Below are positions 16,496 through 25,400 of a DNA stretch of 36,440 bases, one piece after another; position 1 is the stretch's first letter, and every line of letters starts with the position of its first letter. The DNA is from a virus. Lineage: Duplodnaviria; Heunggongvirae; Uroviricota; Caudoviricetes. The notes beneath the pieces are model-generated. The model did not search any database. It saw only the letters and a program-made list of their open reading frames with translations, and was not told the origin of the DNA. The translations under genes and the position numbers were made by a program. The stretch covers positions 1-36,440 of the IMG/VR virus record IMGVR_UViG_2778261172_000005; one strand, given 5' to 3'.

Positions 16496-17251
16496 TTAGT
16501 TGTAGCACTTCTCTATAATCTTCATACACTCCTCATGAGCTAAATCATGGCTGTCAAATTCTTTATTAAAAAAGAAGAAAAACGCCTTATTAACCTGAGG
16601 TATTTCAATAAAAATAAATTCATCAGCCTTATGAAAGAAATGAAAACTCTTGTTTGATGTTTCAAAAACCATCAAAGAATTATGTTTTTTATCCTTCCAT
16701 TTCGACATCAGATTGCTTCGCGATTTTCGTATAATCCTGAAGACATCCCCCGGCGTCGTATCGACATCCCCCCAAAACATTGCAACCGGGAAGTTTGCAA
16801 GAAAAGGGATATAATCACCCCCTTTATACCTGAGAAAGCGGGTCCGTAAATCCATTAATTGCAACTTAAAGCCCATGTATTGCAACCACCATATGATGCA
16901 ATCATATTCATAATCTGTTAACTCATCCCCCCTCTTTTCCGTAAGAAATTTCTTCAGGTTATACTCAAACACTCCCAGCAAATCAGAATTGCACACTCTG
17001 CATGCTGGTACAGTGACTTTAATGTAATGAGTTGACTGATTATTCTTTTTATTAATTAAAGATTTTTCAGCATTTGACTCAAAGGCCCACTGAGGAATAA
17101 TGTGCTCACGAGTAATATCGTCAGAGCTCCCGCATAACACACATATATCAGCATTATGGTCAGCAATAATACAATCCATAACTTTCTTTTGAGAATGCTT
17201 TACTCTTTTTCTCAAAATGGAAAACTTTTTATCCACAAACACCCGTCTCAT
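16496..17251 (-). CDS. HNH-type endonuclease-domain protein (251 aa) with an unassigned C-terminal two thirds
   Basis: Motif pattern CVLCGSSDDITREHIIPQW...THYIKVTVPACRVCNSDL, i.e. CxxC...EH..P...CxxCN. The gene is very AT-rich compared with its neighbours S and V. ATGA overlap with the S stop (17248-17251). It sits where P2 carries the non-essential orf30. Confidence 0.7.
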   Translation of the reverse strand: MRRVFVDKKFSILRKRVKHSQKKVMDCIIADHNADICVLCGSSDDITREHIIPQWAFESNAEKSLINKKNNQSTHYIKVTVPACRVCNSDLLGVFEYNLKKFLTEKRGDELTDYEYDCIIWWLQYMGFKLQLMDLRTRFLRYKGGDYIPFLANFPVAMFWGDVDTTPGDVFRIIRKSRSNLMSKWKDKKHNSLMVFETSNKSFHFFHKADEFIFIEIPQVNKAFFFFFNKEFDSHDLAHEECMKIIEKCYN

Positions 17252-17706
17252 ATAACATCTTTCGATAGAATCACTAATAACTCCCTTTCTATCAATTGTA
17301 TAGATTCCTTGTCAAAACCAAATAACTCACGAACAGGATATTCCACCACCGCACTATTACGCCCCGGCTTATCCCTAAGCCCTAATTGATGTACTCGCGC
17401 AATTCGTTGTACTCCGCTGGCAAACGCCACCACAGCCGCACTCTCGCTACCTGTTGCTTTCATAAACCGGTTAGTGCGTAATTTCACAAACATTTCCCGC
17501 TTTATCCGGCCTTTCTTATTTCGTACTGGTTGGTTTTTTCTCGGTACATACGGCGTACCATCCGGGGCTTTTTGTAATTTAATTCGCTGCTGCTGGCGCT
17601 GGCGCAGCTTCTTCGCAATATCTACCGCCAGTCTCCGACGCCCTGACGGTGACAGCGATTCAGTCAGTCCGGTCAGCCGGTCTTCAAAACGCTTAAACTC
17701 ATTCAT
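17248..17706 (-). CDS. S: Tail completion protein gpS (152 aa)
   Basis: P2-collinear and overlaps the R stop. Confidence 0.85.
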   Translation of the reverse strand: MNEFKRFEDRLTGLTESLSPSGRRRLAVDIAKKLRQRQQQRIKLQKAPDGTPYVPRKNQPVRNKKGRIKREMFVKLRTNRFMKATGSESAAVVAFASGVQRIARVHQLGLRDKPGRNSAVVEYPVRELFGFDKESIQLIERELLVILSKDVI

Positions 17707-18166
17707 CCCACTTACTCACCAGTTCGCCATTGATATAAAGCTCCATCGGGCGGGTGACCGGCTCCGGCGGCGGGGGTTCCGGGATATTCTTCACATGCAG
17801 CGCACCGTCAACCTCACTGACCAGCGTGCGCTCGGTCAGCATCAGGCTGATGCTGATATCAAAGCTGCTGTCATTGTTGATGTCCGCATAAAACGTGAAG
17901 CCCTTTTTCTGGCCTTCGTCGGTGGTCATGATGTCGGGCTGATTTTCCCGCAGCCACGCCAGCACCGGCACGATGAGCAGGTCAAAATCACCGTTAAAGT
18001 CGGTCACAATGACATTGAGCGTGTAACACTTTTCGAATGACAGCGACGTCGCCAGTGTGGAGGCAATACTCCCGTTATCCACGAATATCCGCAGCATATC
18101 GGGGTTAGTTTTCAGCACCGTGACGGCATCAGTCAGCGCCCTGCGCAGGCTGTCGGGTTTGAGCAT
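17699..18166 (-). CDS. R: Tail completion protein gpR (155 aa)
   Basis: P2-collinear, 155 aa. Confidence 0.85.
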   Translation of the reverse strand: MLKPDSLRRALTDAVTVLKTNPDMLRIFVDNGSIASTLATSLSFEKCYTLNVIVTDFNGDFDLLIVPVLAWLRENQPDIMTTDEGQKKGFTFYADINNDSSFDISISLMLTERTLVSEVDGALHVKNIPEPPPPEPVTRPMELYINGELVSKWDE

Positions 18167-18419
18167 CGTTTTCGTCCTGACAGTGTTTAATCATTTTTAC
18201 CTGGCTGGCACAGCGTGCCAGCGCGTTCTCAAGCTGCCGGATATCGGCACTTAAATCGCCGTTCGTCTGCGGGTCACTGCCCGGCATCGGGCAAAGGCTC
18301 ACTTTCGGGCAGGCGTTGGCGACAATCACTGGCGTCAGTGCAGGCCGGACGCTGGTGCAACCGGCGCACAGCATCAGGCAGGTCAGCGCCATACCAGCGG
18401 CGAAAATCTTCGTTTTCAT
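18129..18419 (-). CDS. lysC: LysC, Rz1-like outer-membrane lipoprotein spanin (96 aa)
   Basis: The Met at 18419 gives MKTKIFAAGMALTCLMLCAGC with lipobox LCAGC. It is embedded out of frame in lysB and runs into R, as in P2. The size is 96 aa. Confidence 0.85.
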   Translation of the reverse strand: MKTKIFAAGMALTCLMLCAGCTSVRPALTPVIVANACPKVSLCPMPGSDPQTNGDLSADIRQLENALARCASQVKMIKHCQDENDAQTRQPAQGAD

Positions 18420-18699
18420 TGAGTAACCTCGTGATGGTTTTCTCGCGCTGTGCTTCACGCTTCGCGGCGTTCTCCAGTTCCTGACGCAGTGCCACCTGCG
18501 CCAGCTCGTTTTTGTCTGCCCTGGTGAGCGCAACATGAAGCTGATTTTTCAGCATGGTGATGGTCGTCTGCTGCCCGCTGGCGACGTTGTTCGCCCTGAC
18601 CAGCGAGGCGCGCAGGCTGGCATTTTTGTGTTTCACCAGAAACAGACCGGCCACCGCCAGTGATAACAACACAACCAGCACAGTCATCAGCCTTGACAT
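18274..18699 (-). CDS. lysB: LysB, Rz-like inner-membrane spanin (141 aa)
   Basis: It has an N-terminal TM helix (LMTVLVVLLSLAVAGLFLV) and a coiled-coil region. The size is 141 aa as in P2. Confidence 0.85.
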   Translation of the reverse strand: MSRLMTVLVVLLSLAVAGLFLVKHKNASLRASLVRANNVASGQQTTITMLKNQLHVALTRADKNELAQVALRQELENAAKREAQREKTITRLLNENEDFRRWYGADLPDAVRRLHQRPACTDASDCRQRLPESEPLPDAGQ

Positions 18700-19112
18700 G
18701 GTTCCCGCCCCTCAAAACGCTGACAGCAGGCCGTACGTATCAGCCGGAAGAACACCGATGCCACAAGATAAATCAGCGCGGTAAAAATCCACCCGGCAGC
18801 GACCAGCGAGATAAACGTCGCCACCACCACTACCAGAGCCACTGCCCGTCTGCGCCACGGTACCGGCTGCAAAAACAGCGACGTGACAATCTTCACGGCC
18901 AGCGATTCCGGCGGCAGCTCCCGCCCGTAGCGCTCCAGTACATACTCAGTGACATACACGCCGACACCACAGGCAACCACACAGATAACCGTCGCCAGAA
19001 TCGCCCAGGTGGCGACAAAACTGACGGCCACGCTCTGCGGGTAAATCAGGGACAGTGCCAGCATCAGCGCCAGCGACACGTTCAGCATCAGTGAAAGGGA
19101 TAATTTCTTCAT
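18687..19112 (-). CDS. lysA: LysA, lysis-timing membrane protein (141 aa)
   Basis: It has multiple TM helices, is P2-collinear and is 141 aa. Confidence 0.8.
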   Translation of the reverse strand: MKKLSLSLMLNVSLALMLALSLIYPQSVAVSFVATWAILATVICVVACGVGVYVTEYVLERYGRELPPESLAVKIVTSLFLQPVPWRRRAVALVVVVATFISLVAAGWIFTALIYLVASVFFRLIRTACCQRFEGREPCQG

Positions 19113-19126
19113 GGTGTTTACTCCGT

Positions 19127-19624
19127 TTAAGCCGGTACGCCGCCAGCGGTACGCCAGACGGTGACCAGTTTTTCCAGTGAATACTCACGCTGACCGTAAC
19201 CGGCACCCGGCAGGGACGCCCAGATATTGCGACAGCGTGAAATGGCGCGCTCAATGCGTCCCGCCCGGATGTCATCCAGTGCACCGCGTTCGCGGATCAA
19301 CTGAATGGCGAGTCTGTCCTGTGACAACGGACTGAAATCCGGCAGGGCAAGCTGTTTGCGGTAGTGCGGCCAGAACAGGTAAAGCTGCTGATAGCGACCG
19401 GATGCCGTGGATTTTTCACCGCGACGGTTAAACACTTTCGCCGGTCGGCCATGTGCGAACGGGTGGTCACTGTAGTCGGTGAAAATTTCCGGCTTTCCGT
19501 CCAGTCCGGTGACTATCACGTCATAGCCCCGGTTTTTCGTCAGCGGATGGTTCGCCGTCCCTTCGGACACGGCCAGCATGTCGAGAAAGGCGGCGATATT
19601 CTGATGCGTGTTAATAACCGGCAT
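19127..19624 (-). CDS. K: Endolysin gpK (165 aa)
   Basis: The LDMLAVSEGT motif is typical of lambda-R-like lysozyme/transglycosylase. The size is 165 aa as in P2. Confidence 0.9.
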   Translation of the reverse strand: MPVINTHQNIAAFLDMLAVSEGTANHPLTKNRGYDVIVTGLDGKPEIFTDYSDHPFAHGRPAKVFNRRGEKSTASGRYQQLYLFWPHYRKQLALPDFSPLSQDRLAIQLIRERGALDDIRAGRIERAISRCRNIWASLPGAGYGQREYSLEKLVTVWRTAGGVPA

Positions 19625-19905
19625 TACGGTTTCCCCCTGCCCTTAAAGCGGCGCTGAATGGCAATCTCAATCACCTGATAACCGGCGATACCCAGCATGG
19701 AGCCGATACCGCACACCGCAGGCAGTGACAGGTCAGGAAACTGCACCAGAACAACACCGGCAACCATCGAGACAAAACCACCGAGCAACATGCGCCCGAT
19801 AAACAGACGCGGGGTGATGGGTTCACCACCGGCAAGCACCTTGCCGACAACAATCAGCACCCCAATCATGAAAAGCGACAGAACGCTTTTTTCTTCTGCT
19901 GTCAT
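19624..19905 (-). CDS. Y: Holin gpY (93 aa)
   Basis: A small protein with TM helices directly upstream of K. The size is 93 aa as in P2. Confidence 0.85.
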   Translation of the reverse strand: MTAEEKSVLSLFMIGVLIVVGKVLAGGEPITPRLFIGRMLLGGFVSMVAGVVLVQFPDLSLPAVCGIGSMLGIAGYQVIEIAIQRRFKGRGKP

Positions 19906-19908
19906 GCG

Positions 19909-20112
19909 TTACTCCCACAGATTGACAGTTTCAGCCACGGGCGCGGTCTGAACGTCGGGCAGTTCGACGGCGGTGCCGTGTGGCAGCACCGCACCCAGTT
20001 CAGCCAGTCCCGGATTTGCGGCGAGCACGGCCTCGACCACGCCCTCAGTGCGCCCGTAATACCGGACACAAATGGCGTCGAGCGTGTCGCCCTGTAGCGC
20101 AAAGGTCTTCAT
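19909..20112 (-). CDS. X: Tail protein gpX, LysM-like (67 aa)
   Basis: The Met at 20112 (MKTFALQGDTLDAICVRYYG...) gives the P2 size of 67 aa. The track ORF is over-extended. Confidence 0.85.
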   Translation of the reverse strand: MKTFALQGDTLDAICVRYYGRTEGVVEAVLAANPGLAELGAVLPHGTAVELPDVQTAPVAETVNLWE

Positions 20113-20621
20113 CAGATTTGACTCACGATGCAGCGCGGCTTGTCCTGGATGCGCGCCACCGCCCAGCGCATATCCCGCCACAGCTCATCAATGGTGCTGT
20201 CAATGCTGTCGGCCTTCTTGTCGCCTTTCGCACTGGCATCCACGCCGCGATAACGCTCATAAAGCGACGCGGTCGCCATCGCACACACGGCGCGCTCGTA
20301 GTAAAAAACTTTGATGCTTTCACCGTCGATGTCGTCCGCCGGAACGTCCGCCAGACGCGTAAAACCGGCGGCAATTTTCTGTTCGCGGTACTCGTACAGC
20401 TCCGCATTCGTCTCCGCCATGCCTGACTTGATGGCCTCACGCAGACGGGCGGGGGCGACGGTCTGCTCAAGGCGCATACGTTCCCGGACGCGCTTCGGGT
20501 CGATATCGGGAAAAAAGAACGTGTTTTTAATCACCGGCTCGTCGCCTGCCGGTTGCGGGATGACCACCGTACCCTCACCGGATACAGGAGCCTCCTTTCG
20601 CGGAATAATCAGCGTCATCAT
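20112..20621 (-). CDS. L: Head completion/stabilisation protein gpL (169 aa)
   Basis: The Met at 20621 (MMTLIIPRKEAP...) has SD AGAGG 5 nt upstream. The size is 169 aa as in P2. Confidence 0.85.
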   Translation of the reverse strand: MMTLIIPRKEAPVSGEGTVVIPQPAGDEPVIKNTFFFPDIDPKRVRERMRLEQTVAPARLREAIKSGMAETNAELYEYREQKIAAGFTRLADVPADDIDGESIKVFYYERAVCAMATASLYERYRGVDASAKGDKKADSIDSTIDELWRDMRWAVARIQDKPRCIVSQI

Positions 20622-20720
20622 GACTACCTCTGAAAAGTCGGGCGGTGGACGCCGGTGCAGTGTCAGGTGATTCACCCTCACTGACCGGCGTGCCGCCCTG
20701 GCGCGGGGCGCATTCGGTTG

Positions 20721-21464
20721 TTAACTGGCTTTCTTTTTCGGGCGTCCACGTTTTGCCGGTGTCACGCTCCGTGTCTTACGCGGGGCGCGGGTGACCGCTT
20801 TTGGCTGCGGCTCCGGCTTCGGTTTCAGTTCCCGCTCCAGTCGTTCAATCTCTTTTTTGACGCCTGCCTGACAGTCGAGCTGTGTCGCACGTTGCAGGTG
20901 CGCCAGCGCACCGGTGGCATCACCAGCGTCACGCAGAAACAGACCGGTGATTTTGTGCAGCTTTGCGCGCACTTCATCAGGCATGTCAGCCGTGGCGGTC
21001 AGTTCAAGGGTCTCCGTCAGCAGGCGGGTATCCACAGACTCACCGGCAGCGTGAGCGCGCATGGCCGCAAGCGCCACCTCCTCGGTGAACATGTACGGCG
21101 GGGTACGGCGGTGTTTACCCGGCATGGTCAGACCGTACTTCAGGGCATAACGGGCAATCTCCAGCGCACCGGCAATATCGCCGATATCCAGACGCCACAG
21201 AATGACCGTCATCAGAATGTCATCCTGTGCGCCTTTGCCCTGCTCCAGCACGCCGTTCACCCACGGCAACCAGAACGGCAGCAGCTCGCGTTTTTTCGCG
21301 GCCTTCAGCTCTTTTGAATAAATCGCTTTCAGTGTGCGCTGGTCTGCGGCCAGCTTAACCAGCATCTGCTCATAGACAGTTGCATGTCGCAGCGGGGCGG
21401 CTTCCCGCTGCGCGGTTATCGCTGCCGAGACCCGCATCATGTGGCGCTGTGCGGGACTCGTCAT
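20721..21464 (-). CDS. M: Terminase small subunit gpM (247 aa)
   Basis: P2-collinear, 247 aa. Confidence 0.85.
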   Translation of the reverse strand: MTSPAQRHMMRVSAAITAQREAAPLRHATVYEQMLVKLAADQRTLKAIYSKELKAAKKRELLPFWLPWVNGVLEQGKGAQDDILMTVILWRLDIGDIAGALEIARYALKYGLTMPGKHRRTPPYMFTEEVALAAMRAHAAGESVDTRLLTETLELTATADMPDEVRAKLHKITGLFLRDAGDATGALAHLQRATQLDCQAGVKKEIERLERELKPKPEPQPKAVTRAPRKTRSVTPAKRGRPKKKAS

Positions 21465-21467
21465 CGG

Positions 21468-22541
21468 TTACGCTCCCGGCTCTGCGGTCGCCTTAGCCGG
21501 TGTGGAGAAATCACCGACCTTAATTTTTTCCACCAGACAACCGGCGGCGTAGTCTTCCACCACGTAATCAATGTTCATTGACTCGTAGTTCTCCACGCGG
21601 TCGAGTTTCGGGTTTTCCTCAATCACGCGGCGATGGCTGTCATCCATGTAGTAGATGGACAGGTTTTCCAGCTTCGTGATGAGCATCGCATCCGCCGGGA
21701 AGTACGGGACGCGTACCGCCGGCAGGTTACCGATGCGTTTCTGGCTGATGATGACGTCAGCGGCCAGCATTTCGCTGTTGTCCTGCTCCTTGTTGACGAT
21801 GGGGAAATACTTGTCCGCCAGTAGCTGACGTCCCACAATCACCACAAGGTCAGGGTCTTCCTGATACCACGGTTCAATCAGGTTATTGGTCGCATCCATC
21901 ACCAGTGCGTCAAGGCTGGCATAATCACCGCCCTTGCCCACGCGGATAACCTCAGAGGTGGTGCGGCCTTCCTCGTCAGTGACCTTGCTCATCACGCGCG
22001 CCGGGGCTTCATTGCGGTATTTCTGCAACCAGCCGACCGCCACATCCTGCAACATCGGATTGCTGCTGCGGTCAGAGGTTTCGGCACGCTTCACGCCGTT
22101 AAAACCGGCCATGATGAAATCAAGGGACTGGCGTTTGATAATGGCGTTACGGACACGGAGCTGGAAATCCTGATAACGCGCCCACAGGTCCAGCGTTTTG
22201 TAGCGGATATAAAAATCGAAGTTAATCTGGTCGCATTCGTACTTGTTTGACGCCAGCTTCGAGAAGTCCTTCGGCTGACGCTCGGTGCCACCGGCGGTGT
22301 CGGTGGTGCTGGCGATGGAGCCGGTGACACCGATACCAATTTTTTCCCCTTTCATTTCGCTGACCGGCACAATGTTGATGCGGGTCAGAAAGTCAGAGGA
22401 CTCCTGCATGGTGTTCATCAGGGTCTGGGTGACCGACGGTTCAACGGTGAATTTTTTCGACACATCACCGGCGTCGATGCCGTTCAGTTCGGCAACACGG
22501 GACAGGTAGGCATTAAATTTAAAGCGGGTTTCCTGGCGCAT
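21468..22541 (-). CDS. N: Major capsid protein precursor gpN (357 aa)
   Basis: P2-collinear, 357 aa. Confidence 0.9.
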   Translation of the reverse strand: MRQETRFKFNAYLSRVAELNGIDAGDVSKKFTVEPSVTQTLMNTMQESSDFLTRINIVPVSEMKGEKIGIGVTGSIASTTDTAGGTERQPKDFSKLASNKYECDQINFDFYIRYKTLDLWARYQDFQLRVRNAIIKRQSLDFIMAGFNGVKRAETSDRSSNPMLQDVAVGWLQKYRNEAPARVMSKVTDEEGRTTSEVIRVGKGGDYASLDALVMDATNNLIEPWYQEDPDLVVIVGRQLLADKYFPIVNKEQDNSEMLAADVIISQKRIGNLPAVRVPYFPADAMLITKLENLSIYYMDDSHRRVIEENPKLDRVENYESMNIDYVVEDYAAGCLVEKIKVGDFSTPAKATAEPGA

Positions 22542-22599
22542 AGTTTTTCCTGAAATTAAGGGTTAATCGTGAAGGTTTTCCCGGACTGACTGACGCCGG

Positions 22600-23454
22600 T
22601 CAGCAGTTCGTCATCAGGGCATCACCGCCACCGCCGGTGGCCTTGCTGCGGCGCTGCTGGGTCAGACTTTCGGTGCTGTCGAGACTGTTTTTCAGGCGGG
22701 TGAATGCCTGGCTGGTTTCATCCGCCCTGTCAGTCACCTCCTGCTTAAGTGCGGAAAAAGCGGTTTCCATCTCAGCGAGGCGCTGCTCAGTGGCACTCAG
22801 TTTTTCCTGCACATGTTCAGCAACAGCGGTCACCGCTTCATGCACATCATTCAGACGGGCGTCATCGCTGGCCTGTTTGCGGCCAAAAATGGATTTCACC
22901 TTTTCGGTCAGGGCGGTGAACACGGTTTCAGGCAGGTCTTCAAATTCCAGCTCAACAGGCGTTGCCACTGAAATCAGGTTTTCAGGGCTTAATTTGAAGC
23001 GGTTCAGGGGGTTGTGTTTTGCCGTGCGGCAGAATTCCAGGTATTCCGTGCCGAGGCTTGCCGGGTCATCGGTGACGGCCAGACCCACCAGATAACATTT
23101 GCCGGTGTTGGCAAAGTTCGGCTGAATTTCCATTGAGGTGTAGACCTTCTGCGCGGCCTTGTTCATCGCAATAAGGTCATCGGTCGGGGTGATTTTCGCA
23201 AACAGCGCCCATTTGCCTTTCAGCGCCGAATCATCGTCAATCTTTTCGGCCTTCAGTTCGGCCACATCGCCATAACGTTTAAAAATACCGTCAGGCAGGA
23301 TGCCGCGCAGATGTTCCAGGTTAATGCGGCAACCATAGACACGCGGGTCAAAGGTTTCCGCCATTTCCTGAATATCCTGCGCACTGATGACACGCCCGTC
23401 ACAGGTGTCACCCTCAACGCCGATACGAAAGAATTTTGAGACTTTTTTTGCCAT
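22600..23454 (-). CDS. O: Capsid scaffolding protein/protease gpO (284 aa)
   Basis: The Met at 23454 (MAKKVSKFFRIGVEGDTCDGR...) gives the P2 size of 284 aa. The track ORF is over-extended. Confidence 0.9.
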   Translation of the reverse strand: MAKKVSKFFRIGVEGDTCDGRVISAQDIQEMAETFDPRVYGCRINLEHLRGILPDGIFKRYGDVAELKAEKIDDDSALKGKWALFAKITPTDDLIAMNKAAQKVYTSMEIQPNFANTGKCYLVGLAVTDDPASLGTEYLEFCRTAKHNPLNRFKLSPENLISVATPVELEFEDLPETVFTALTEKVKSIFGRKQASDDARLNDVHEAVTAVAEHVQEKLSATEQRLAEMETAFSALKQEVTDRADETSQAFTRLKNSLDSTESLTQQRRSKATGGGGDALMTNC

Positions 23455-23500
23455 TGTCAGGAGTCCTGAATAGTGATTAGAGGAGTCACATGTCGGCATC

Positions 23501-23598
23501 AGTTTCCCGACGATACGCATCCTCCGCCATCAGTCCCGGATGGCTTATCACTGACACAACAGCACCTTAGCGAATCGCGGGGCGCGACTCAGTAGCCT
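23501..23598. promoter_or_regulatory. Divergent late promoter region P_O / P_P around a single dyad (23541-23561)
   Basis: On the minus strand: TGTTGT-N12-CCA, then GAAACT (23506-23501) 55 nt downstream. On the plus strand the same site reads TGG-N12-ACAACA, with a TAGCCT -10 candidate (23593-23598), then SD GAGG and the P ATG at 23628. Confidence 0.4.
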
Positions 23599-23627
23599 TG
23601 CCGTGTATTCATCACGGCGAGGTATTC

Positions 23628-25400
23628 ATGACCATCACCACAGACACCACTCTTTTGCACGACCCGCGTCGTCAGGCGGCGCTGCTGTACTGGCAGGGTT
23701 TTTCCGTGCCGCAGATTGCCGCCATGTTGCAGATGAAACGCCCGACGGTGCAGAGCTGGAAACAGCGCGACGACTGGGACAGCGTTGCCCCCATCAGCCG
23801 TGTCGAAATGAGTCTGGAAGCGCGGCTGACCCAGCTCATTATCAAACCACAGAAAACCGGCGGTGACTTCAAGGAAATTGACCTGCTGGGACGCCAGATT
23901 GAACGACTGGCACGGGTAAATCGCTACAGCCAGACCGGCAACGAGGCAGACCTTAATCCGAACGTCGCTAACCGCAACAAAGGCGGGCGGCGCAAACCGA
24001 AAAAGAATTTTTTCAGTGACGAGGCCATCGAAAAGCTGGAGCAGATTTTCTTTGAGCAGTCTTTCGACTATCAGTTGCACTGGTATCGCGCCGGGCTTGA
24101 GCACCGCATCCGCGATATCCTGAAATCCCGCCAGATTGGCGCGACGTTTTATTTTTCCCGCGAGGCGCTGCTGCGCGCCCTGAAAACCGGCCATAACCAG
24201 ATTTTTCTGTCGGCCAGTAAAACGCAGGCGTATGTGTTCCGTGAATACATCATCGCCTTTGCTCGTCTGGTTGACGTTGACCTGACCGGTGACCCGATTG
24301 TCCTGGGCAATAACGGCGCAAAACTGATTTTTCTCGGCACCAACTCCAACACCGCGCAGAGTCATAACGGCGACCTGTACGTCGATGAGATTTTCTGGAT
24401 CCCGAATTTTCAGGTACTGCGTAAGGTGGCATCAGGTATGGCCTCACAGAGTCACCTGCGCTCGACCTATTTCTCCACCCCGTCCACGCTGGCGCACGAC
24501 GCCTACCCGTTCTGGTCGGGTGAACTGTTTAACCGGGGACGCGCCAGCGCCGCCGAACGCGTGGAAATCGACGTCAGTCATAACGCCCTTGCCGGTGGGC
24601 TTCTCTGTGCGGACGGCCAGTGGCGACAGATTGTCACCATTGAGGACGCCCTGAAAGGCGGCTGCACGCTGTTCGACATTGAGCAGCTCAAACGCGAAAA
24701 CAGCGCCGACGATTTTAAAAACCTGTTCATGTGTGAATTTGTTGACGACAAGGCATCGGTGTTCCCGTTCGAGGAGCTGCAACGCTGCATGGTCGACACG
24801 CTGGAAGAATGGGAAGACTATGCGCCGTTTGCCGCCAATCCGTTCGGCTCCCGCCCGGTATGGATTGGTTACGACCCGTCACACCGTGGCGACAGCGCCG
24901 GATGCGTGGTACTGGCACCGCCGGTGGTGGCCGGTGGCAAATTCAGAATACTTGAGCGTCACCAGTGGAAAGGCATGGACTTTGCCACCCAGGCGGAATC
25001 CATCCGCAAACTCACCGAAAAATACAACGTCGAATACATCGGGATTGATGCCACCGGCCTCGGTGTCGGCGTGTTCCAGCTCGTGCGCTCGTTCTATCCC
25101 GCCGCGCGTGATATCCGCTACACGCCGGAAATGAAAACCGCAATGGTGCTCAAGGCAAAAGACGTTATCCGCCGTGGCTGTCTGGAATACGACGTCAGCG
25201 CCACCGACATCACCAGCTCGTTTATGGCTATCCGCAAGACCATGACCAGCAGCGGACGCAGCGCCACCTATGAGGCCAGCCGCAGCGAGGAAGCCAGCCA
25301 CGCCGACCTCGCCTGGGCGACCATGCACGCCCTGTTAAATGAGCCACTCACCGCCGGTATCAGCACCCCGCTGACATCCACCATTCTGGAGTTTTACTGA
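23628..25400 (+). CDS. P: Terminase large (ATPase/endonuclease) subunit gpP (590 aa)
   Basis: The Met at 23628 (MTITTDTTLLHDPRRQAALLYWQG...) has SD GAGG 5 nt upstream. The size is 590 aa as in P2. Confidence 0.9.
   Translation: MTITTDTTLLHDPRRQAALLYWQGFSVPQIAAMLQMKRPTVQSWKQRDDWDSVAPISRVEMSLEARLTQLIIKPQKTGGDFKEIDLLGRQIERLARVNRYSQTGNEADLNPNVANRNKGGRRKPKKNFFSDEAIEKLEQIFFEQSFDYQLHWYRAGLEHRIRDILKSRQIGATFYFSREALLRALKTGHNQIFLSASKTQAYVFREYIIAFARLVDVDLTGDPIVLGNNGAKLIFLGTNSNTAQSHNGDLYVDEIFWIPNFQVLRKVASGMASQSHLRSTYFSTPSTLAHDAYPFWSGELFNRGRASAAERVEIDVSHNALAGGLLCADGQWRQIVTIEDALKGGCTLFDIEQLKRENSADDFKNLFMCEFVDDKASVFPFEELQRCMVDTLEEWEDYAPFAANPFGSRPVWIGYDPSHRGDSAGCVVLAPPVVAGGKFRILERHQWKGMDFATQAESIRKLTEKYNVEYIGIDATGLGVGVFQLVRSFYPAARDIRYTPEMKTAMVLKAKDVIRRGCLEYDVSATDITSSFMAIRKTMTSSGRSATYEASRSEEASHADLAWATMHALLNEPLTAGISTPLTSTILEFY

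Noticed and set aside
23589-25328. Long minus-strand ORFs (258 aa at 23589-24365, 149 aa at 24879-25328 and others) opposite terminase gene P.
   Set aside because: They are antisense shadows of a well-supported 590-aa terminase gene and have no independent signals.
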